The notes beneath the pieces were generated by a model, which was given only the letters and a program-made list of their open reading frames with translations, did no database searches and was not told the origin of the DNA. Shown here piece after piece: positions 25,475 through 30,727 of a stretch of DNA of 30,727 bases; the stretch's first letter is position 1, and the number at the start of each line of letters is the position of its first letter. The DNA is from a virus. Lineage: Duplodnaviria > Caudoviricetes. The translations under genes were made by a program, and so were the position numbers. The DNA lies in the IMG/VR virus record IMGVR_UViG_3300038825_000286, positions 1 through 30,727 of that record. One strand, 5' to 3'.

Positions 25475-25705
25475 TTAAGTGTATAATGTTATTAATGTTA
25501 AATCTGCTGTTATATCTGTTCTGTCAATACTATATAGTAAAGTGTCATCTATTGTTAGTGCTAATGTTTCCGTTTGGTTTCCTACAATGCTATCTAAAAA
25601 ACAATCAGGAGCAGAAAAAGCAGGTATCGATTCGGCTACAGTAAAATCTTCTACGCCAAACTCTGTAAAGCAATATATCTTACCCCAATCTATTGTATTT
25701 GCCAT
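25475..25705 (-). CDS. Small structural protein (76 aa)
   Basis: MAN.I.WGKIY N-terminus and C-terminal T.D / SID.T.ITAD motif. First gene after a late promoter. Confidence 0.7.
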   Translation of the reverse strand: MANTIDWGKIYCFTEFGVEDFTVAESIPAFSAPDCFLDSIVGNQTETLALTIDDTLLYSIDRTDITADLTLITLYT

Positions 25706-25710
25706 ATTAT

Positions 25711-25737
25711 ATCAATACTTTTTTTCGGTTTTTGTTA
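25711..25737 (-). promoter_or_regulatory. Putative phage late promoter for the fibre/lysis operon
   Basis: Minus strand TAACAA-N14-TATTGAT-ATAAT-ATG(25705). Confidence 0.72.
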
Positions 25738-25816
25738 TATATGTTTTTTTAAGATATTCTTTTAGCCTTTCTATGTTGTGTTGTTTAGGCTTATAATCGT
25801 TTCTTACAAAACCCAT
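25712..25816 (-). CDS. Possible small basic ORF (34 aa, MGFVRNDYKPKQHNIERLKEYLKK...)
   Basis: Translated by hand. Overlaps the adaptor stop and the late promoter. Confidence 0.4.
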   Translation of the reverse strand: MGFVRNDYKPKQHNIERLKEYLKKTYITKTEKKY

Positions 25817-26307
25817 CCTTCGAAATTTGCGTTTTTATCAGGGTAAACGTCATCATTGCTATTGGTGTAATATTCAGGAAAAGTACCACTTGCATTAAAT
25901 GACATATAATCTATAAATCTATCAGTATAATACTGCGCTATGTTTCTTTCTTTTTCTATTAGAAAGTCTATTTCTTCTTTTTCTACATTAGAAGCATTTT
26001 CGCTACTATGTTTAAACACGCCTTTATTTGCAATAGAATAAGCTGCAAAAGGTAAATACTCAACCATAGCCCAATGCACTAACATAGGCTTTATATAGTC
26101 CGTTACAAGTGTTAAATAATCGCCTGTAAGTGTACTGGATTCTATGTCGTTTTGTATCTTGTTGTATAAATCTGTACCCAAGTAGTTTTTAATGTGTATG
26201 TCTTGTGCAATCTTTATGTACTGCAAAAACTTATCACTATCTACGTTGCCATTTACAGAAGTAAACTTAATTAAATCCTTACGTGTTATAAATAATCCTT
26301 CTGCCAT
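25804..26307 (-). CDS. Head-tail adaptor/connector protein
   Basis: NVD.DK...I..AQD.HI..YLGT.LY helical protein directly after the portal. Confidence 0.7.
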   Translation of the reverse strand: MAEGLFITRKDLIKFTSVNGNVDSDKFLQYIKIAQDIHIKNYLGTDLYNKIQNDIESSTLTGDYLTLVTDYIKPMLVHWAMVEYLPFAAYSIANKGVFKHSSENASNVEKEEIDFLIEKERNIAQYYTDRFIDYMSFNASGTFPEYYTNSNDDVYPDKNANFEGWVL

Positions 26308-26310
26308 TTC

Positions 26311-28044
26311 TTATTTATTTACAAATCCTTGATTTGGCATATCCTTTGGTCGCATAGCCACTTTTTTGTCGTTTGTTTCAGGTTTAAAACCATCCTTTTT
26401 AGCTTGGTTTACACTTACTTCTGCGTTTGGGTTTCCTACGTCAGGTTTAACACCTTCTTTTTTTGCCTTATATGTTTTACGCATCCAAAAATGATGACAA
26501 GCACCACCGCCTTTATATAGCCATATATCGTAGGTGTCAGCACCATTAAGACCCCATCCTGCATTTACAGCCCTTTGGCTCATTTGCATAATATCCTCTT
26601 TGCGGTATATCTTTTTAGCTGATACCATTTTCTTGCAAAACTCCCTACTATTAGCTTGTGTTTTTAGTGGTGCGTATTGGTATCTTACTTTAAACTGTAA
26701 ACCTTCTTCGTTTTCTCCATCTTGTTCGCTTCCTGCTTTAGGTCTTGCACTTCCTGTACTTGCTAAACCTATCATTTTATCTAAGGCTTCTTCTTGGTCG
26801 TAATCCACTTCCCTTTCGTCAACAAGTTCCCAATCGTCTAAGTTCTCATCTTCGCCAAACTCATCAAGTAAGTCAAACATCTTATCGTCATCGAAGGTGT
26901 CTGTGCTTAATTTAACGCCTGTTTCTTCCTCTCTTGCTTCGTTAGTGATTGCATTGTCCGTTTCGATAAATTCAAGCGGTTGTAGGGTCTTAAAATACAA
27001 TTTAAGGCTAATACCATTTACCGCTAAAATGTCATCCATTGCCTCTGTGATTAAATCTTGGTAAGGCTTTATGGTTGTGTTGTGGAATAATAGTGATGCG
27101 GTTTTTATTTCGTCTGCATTATTACCAAGTCCATTGTTTCCATCTCTAATACCTAAAAGCAAAGGTGATGTAATCCTATGCGCTACCATTAACTTGTTTA
27201 CGCATTCAGTAGAAAGGTACTCATAATGTTGTGGTGCATCGTTTAAAGGTATATCGTCAACCGTTGTTTTGCTTTCTGCATTGTTATTAAAAGCTATAAT
27301 TACTTTTTCCCCTCTTGCACCTGTTAGCTTACGCATTACATCGGACTTAATTTGTAGCTGTTTGTCTCTATCAGGAATCCCGTTGTTAAAGTTTACTACT
27401 TTAGTTCCGCTAAATCCGTTTTGTACATCGTTTATAAGATAATCGGCTACTTCGCTTTCAAGTTCTCCATAAGCAATACCACCCATATAATCAGGAGGAC
27501 AGTAGTAGTCATATCCTGATAAATACCTTTTAACTATTTTAATTTCAGGTTCTGTACCATTACCAAAGCCAAATGCTGCTATTCTTTTAGGTTTATCACT
27601 TGGTTTTATTTTCGACCAATCATTATGATAATAAAACGCTTCTATGTCTCCGTTATCGTTGCATTTTTCAGCCCTTAGTGTTTGTCTTGGGAAGTGTTCG
27701 GCTCTTGCTACATTACCATCTTTATATAATACTTGAAAACTTGCCTCTCCCAATAGTTTTAGGTCAAAGGTTATTTTTCTTAAACAAGAATCGTGAAATA
27801 TAGACCTAAGTGCTGCGTATTCTTCTGTTTTAGTGCTGCTATCTAAAGCATCTATACCTTTACCATAAACCATTTGACTTACACCATTAATAATAGCGTT
27901 GTTTGTCGTAGATTGTATATAAAGGTCTATTAGGTAAGTGTAAAAATCATTGTCATCTCCATACTCAACCCAATCCCTCTTTTTATCTTCTTTGATTTTA
28001 GGTCTGTTGTATGACGATAAATTAACTATATGTAAGTTATCCAT
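26311..28044 (-). CDS. Portal protein with acidic linker and C-terminal Cys/His domain
   Basis: N-terminal ~360 aa has W..YG.DN, S..N.AII.G, NGFS, G..G.K, AHR.TSP.L.GI, I.PYQ. C-terminal domain has SREFC...YKGG..C.H.W. Confidence 0.85.
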   Translation of the reverse strand: MDNLHIVNLSSYNRPKIKEDKKRDWVEYGDDNDFYTYLIDLYIQSTTNNAIINGVSQMVYGKGIDALDSSTKTEEYAALRSIFHDSCLRKITFDLKLLGEASFQVLYKDGNVARAEHFPRQTLRAEKCNDNGDIEAFYYHNDWSKIKPSDKPKRIAAFGFGNGTEPEIKIVKRYLSGYDYYCPPDYMGGIAYGELESEVADYLINDVQNGFSGTKVVNFNNGIPDRDKQLQIKSDVMRKLTGARGEKVIIAFNNNAESKTTVDDIPLNDAPQHYEYLSTECVNKLMVAHRITSPLLLGIRDGNNGLGNNADEIKTASLLFHNTTIKPYQDLITEAMDDILAVNGISLKLYFKTLQPLEFIETDNAITNEAREEETGVKLSTDTFDDDKMFDLLDEFGEDENLDDWELVDEREVDYDQEEALDKMIGLASTGSARPKAGSEQDGENEEGLQFKVRYQYAPLKTQANSREFCKKMVSAKKIYRKEDIMQMSQRAVNAGWGLNGADTYDIWLYKGGGACHHFWMRKTYKAKKEGVKPDVGNPNAEVSVNQAKKDGFKPETNDKKVAMRPKDMPNQGFVNK

Positions 28045-28385
28045 TATATAAATATAAATTCATTAGTAGTATCTTGCTGTGTGTATTGGCTATCATTAAC
28101 TGTAAAGTTGCTGATTGTTTGGTTAGTGCAAAATATTTTGTCTTTAAAAACTACATCACTTCCTGCTTTTACGGTAACCATATAAAAGTTGTCCTGTTTT
28201 ACATTAAAAATAGCGTTTAGCCTATTGTAATATAAATTTTCAGTAATAGAAGTAACGTCTTGATTGTAAACCTCTGTATTGGTCTGTTCGTTTACTATTG
28301 TAACATTATAAGTGTTACCACTTGTAAAACTTCTTGGTATAAAATCTAAGTTCTGCGCTGATGCACTTTCTTGTAATACTATCAT
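28044..28385 (-). CDS. Hypothetical structural protein (113 aa)
   Basis: MI.L...FIPR...KDKIFCT.Q. TAATG-coupled to the portal. Confidence 0.7.
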   Translation of the reverse strand: MIVLQESASAQNLDFIPRSFTSGNTYNVTIVNEQTNTEVYNQDVTSITENLYYNRLNAIFNVKQDNFYMVTVKAGSDVVFKDKIFCTNQTISNFTVNDSQYTQQDTTNEFIFI

Positions 28386-28390
28386 ATATA

Positions 28391-28417
28391 TACAATAAAA
28401 AAACTTAAATTTTGTTA
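28391..28417 (-). promoter_or_regulatory. Putative phage late promoter for the portal operon
   Basis: Minus strand TAACAA-N14-TATTGTA-TATAT-ATG(28385). Confidence 0.75.
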
Positions 28418-28427
28418 TTTATAAAGC

Positions 28428-28454
28428 AAAAAAAAAGGGTAGCTATTGCCACCC
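28428..28454 (-). terminator. Rho-independent terminator after tail tube gene
   Basis: Minus strand GGGTGGC-AATA-GCTACCC-T9. Confidence 0.85.
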
Positions 28455-28478
28455 CTCTTCATTACTAAACATTACTAA

Positions 28479-29027
28479 TTACGAGTTAGTTCCTTCTGTT
28501 ACCGTTACAGTTCCAGTTAATCCTGCAAATGGGTCAGCTTCTGTAGCACCTTCCAAAAAGTTAGCAGGTACTTGTTCTTGTGCGGATAGTGTTAGTGTAT
28601 ATCCACTTAAATCTCCCATAGCTGCACCTGTTACAATAGTTCCACCTGTAACCTCTGCACCGTGTTCGTTACCCATTAAAAAAGCGTTTCCATTGTAGTC
28701 GTGTACTACTACGTGTGGTCTGCCATAAGATAATAGTTTCAATTCTTTGTTGTCCTCTAAAGATAGTTTTTTAAGCGTAAGGTTTAGAGTTTGCTCAAAG
28801 AAAGTAGTTCCGTTTTCTCTTGAAGAAGTAATAGTTTGTTCAAAACTACTATTTCCTTTTAGTTCGTATTTGTAAGCAGTAACAGTACCCAAGTCATCTA
28901 CCACGTCTGTATTGGTAGTATCGTATGCAACGGTAGTATCTCCATAGTCTATAAAATAGACCGATTTAATACCACCCACTACATCTTTACAGGGTTCCTT
29001 TCTGCCTTTTGTTAAATCACAAGCCAT
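28479..29027 (-). CDS. Major tail (tube) protein
   Basis: MAC.LT.GR..PC...GGIK, S.ENGT.F.EQ, D.NG, G.A.GD.SGY.LT motifs of Bacteroidota phage tail tubes. Confidence 0.75.
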   Translation of the reverse strand: MACDLTKGRKEPCKDVVGGIKSVYFIDYGDTTVAYDTTNTDVVDDLGTVTAYKYELKGNSSFEQTITSSRENGTTFFEQTLNLTLKKLSLEDNKELKLLSYGRPHVVVHDYNGNAFLMGNEHGAEVTGGTIVTGAAMGDLSGYTLTLSAQEQVPANFLEGATEADPFAGLTGTVTVTEGTNS

Positions 29028-29039
29028 ATTTTTAATATT

Positions 29040-29073
29040 AAAAAAGGGTAGGCAGATATAAAACCACCTACCC
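29040..29073 (-). terminator. Rho-independent terminator/attenuator after major capsid gene
   Basis: Minus strand GGGTAGGTGG...CTGCCTACCC-TTTTTT. Confidence 0.8.
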
Positions 29074-29096
29074 CTTATTGTTAGTTAATCTAATTC

Positions 29097-30065
29097 TTAG
29101 TTGGCAGCGTTAGCGATACCGTATGTTACGATGTCATCAACAATTCCATACTCAACCCCAGCAGTAAATCTCATTACAACTCTTACATTTTGAGAACCAT
29201 CAAGGTCAGCCATATCCAATACTTTTACCTCTTGAGTATCTGATAAAAGACCAGTACCAAAGTAAAGGTTGCTTTTTTCAGCAGCGATAGCTGTGTTGTC
29301 AGCAAGACCATTAGCAACAAATAGTTTTACACCATCAAATGCTAAATCTTGACCCATTCCATACCATAGTGTACCTTTATTATCTACACCATTTGCACCT
29401 GCGTTAGAAGCAATAGAACCGAATCCACCCAAACTTCTTATATACGCTCTTGCAATGTTTTGTGAAACGTAAATGTGTAAATCTTCTTTTCCATAAATGG
29501 TAGAAGGAATGGCATCTACGATAGAACCAAGTTCGTCAATTACGTTAGCAGCAGTAACTGTAGTACCTGCAATTTCGTTAGCAGTAGGTAAGTTAGCATC
29601 TAAAGCAATTTTAGTAGAGATTCCATCAAATTGTCCACTTGTAGCAGTAGAACCTTGCCAAATAGATGTTTCTGTTCTTTGTGCTACTTTAGCAGCAACG
29701 TGTGCAATCAAGAAATCAGAAAAAGAAGAAGGTAGGCTATCGTGGGCAGAATATCCCATAGAAATAGCTTCCCAATCGTCTTGAAAATCTGACTTACATA
29801 GTTGCAAATTCACTTGTTGAAACTCGGGAGTTAAAGTCCTCTCATCCAAAGTAATTGTAGATGTAGCAGTAAAATCACAACTGGCATCGATGACGATGTC
29901 ATCGGTGCTTACTGTTTTAATAACGTGTTGATACTTTACGTTAGGTTTGATGGTAATACCACCTTTTTCCAGTGTAGGTGCGGAAAGTAAAGCAGCAGAA
30001 ATATATTCCCCTGCAAATTCTCCGTTATAAGCTACACTTGCGTTTTGTGTTGTAGTTGTTGGCAT
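29097..30065 (-). CDS. Major capsid protein
   Basis: 322 aa after the scaffold, followed by a terminator. Motifs Y.GEFAG.YI, PNVKY, E..IWQG, FDG, NLYFGTGLLSD. Confidence 0.85.
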   Translation of the reverse strand: MPTTTTQNASVAYNGEFAGEYISAALLSAPTLEKGGITIKPNVKYQHVIKTVSTDDIVIDASCDFTATSTITLDERTLTPEFQQVNLQLCKSDFQDDWEAISMGYSAHDSLPSSFSDFLIAHVAAKVAQRTETSIWQGSTATSGQFDGISTKIALDANLPTANEIAGTTVTAANVIDELGSIVDAIPSTIYGKEDLHIYVSQNIARAYIRSLGGFGSIASNAGANGVDNKGTLWYGMGQDLAFDGVKLFVANGLADNTAIAAEKSNLYFGTGLLSDTQEVKVLDMADLDGSQNVRVVMRFTAGVEYGIVDDIVTYGIANAAN

Positions 30066-30076
30066 TTTCTTTAAAT

Positions 30077-30673
30077 TTATTTATTTTTAATATTTGATAT
30101 TCTTGAAAAGACTCTATCCATAGTTGTAGGTTGTCTTTTTTGTCCAAAAAGTTTTACTTCCTTTTGTGTTTCTGATTCAGGGTTATGTGTAACTTTTTCA
30201 AGTTCTACTTTTTCCTCTACTTCTTCCACTTCAGAAAGTTCTTCTTTGTCTTCTTTTACTTCTTCCGACATTTCTTCCTTGTCTTTAATCATAGCCTTAA
30301 TTTCTTCAATCATAGACTTGACCTCTGCAAGTTCTTCTTTGGTTGCGTAACCCATTTCCTCTTTTTCTTCCTCTAATTCCTCTGACGCTTCTTCTTCCGC
30401 TGGTTCTTCTTCTTGTTTTCCGATTGCAGCAATAACGCCTTCTTCTTCAACCTTTAGTTGTTCTCCATCTTCTAAAGTATATTCGCCTACAGGTAAAGCC
30501 ACTTTTTCATCGTCTGTTACAATAAAAACTTCACTTCCGACTTCAAAAGTTTCGCTTTCTATAACAGTACCGTTTTCCAAAGTCGCTTGTGCTAATTCTA
30601 CTTCTTGGACTTCTTCTTTAAGTTCCACCCCAACAAGTTCTTTTACTTTGTTTAACATATCTGTTGCTTTCAT
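30077..30673 (-). CDS. Acidic capsid scaffolding protein
   Basis: Very Glu-rich with a basic C-terminal helix and LP.GEY.LEDG motif, directly upstream of the capsid gene. Confidence 0.75.
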   Translation of the reverse strand: MKATDMLNKVKELVGVELKEEVQEVELAQATLENGTVIESETFEVGSEVFIVTDDEKVALPVGEYTLEDGEQLKVEEEGVIAAIGKQEEEPAEEEASEELEEEKEEMGYATKEELAEVKSMIEEIKAMIKDKEEMSEEVKEDKEELSEVEEVEEKVELEKVTHNPESETQKEVKLFGQKRQPTTMDRVFSRISNIKNK

Positions 30674-30727
30674 AAATAATATTTATATTAATACAATAAC
30701 TTTTTTATTAGGTTGTTATATTTTTAC
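30628..30727. repeat. Terminal direct repeat, right copy (matches 1..100)
   Basis: 99 of 100 nt identical to 1..100. Confidence 0.97.
30692..30718 (-). promoter_or_regulatory. Putative phage late promoter for scaffold/capsid operon
   Basis: Minus strand TAACAA-N14-TATTGTA, with ATG at 30673. Confidence 0.75.

Noticed and set aside
840-30376. All plus-strand ORFs in the track (e.g. 1827..2273, 2814..3266, 12927..13214, 21501..21821, 25071..25367, 29497..29784)
   Set aside because: They are antisense shadows of well-supported minus-strand genes, with Ser/Phe/Leu-rich composition and no motifs or promoters.
30230-30460. TTC-rich low-complexity tract as a DNA repeat
   Set aside because: Explained by Glu codons of the acidic scaffold protein.
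1-30727. CRISPR array, tRNA, integrase/att, reverse transcriptase/DGR, intron/intein, alternative genetic code
   Set aside because: No spaced repeats, cloverleafs or catalytic motifs were seen. Genes tile densely under the standard code, and TAA, TAG and TGA are all used as stops.

Overview
The window looks like a complete, circularly permuted genome of a small AT-rich tailed phage. The unit length is about 30,627 bp plus a 100-nt terminal direct repeat. It is probably a lytic siphovirus of Bacteroidota (Flavobacteriia-like hosts), judged from TTTG-N19-TAnnTTTG-type promoters, a general lack of Shine-Dalgarno sites and the gene families present. Essentially all genes are on the minus strand. 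Reading order: scaffold, major capsid, tail tube, portal, head-tail adaptor, fibre module (gp9/gp10-like connector, LamG fibre), lysis cassette (membrane proteins, M15 endolysin, 3TM holin), early/replication genes (NinG, SSB, DnaB-like helicase, ECF sigma, nucleases, DnaA-CTD-like, SET domain, PAPS-reductase-like), terminase, a two-gene insert, frameshifted tail chaperone, neck/tail-tip genes, tape measure and XkdF-like prohead protease. I recognised no integrase, repressor, polymerase, primase, methyltransferase, tRNA or CRISPR array. The most striking unannotated signals are: (1) six copies of a bipartite late promoter, WWACAW-N14-TATTGWW, four of which place the ATG at an identical position just downstream, suggesting leaderless mRNAs driven by the phage sigma; (2) a 123-codon membrane-protein ORF overprinted on the endolysin; (3) a T9 -1 frameshift with 175 nt of dual coding; (4) apparent avoidance of GATC/CATG/CTAG/CCGG; (5) a DnaA box next to the first early promoter in a phage encoding a DnaA-CTD-like protein. 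Functional calls come from motif recognition by eye, not from database searches.
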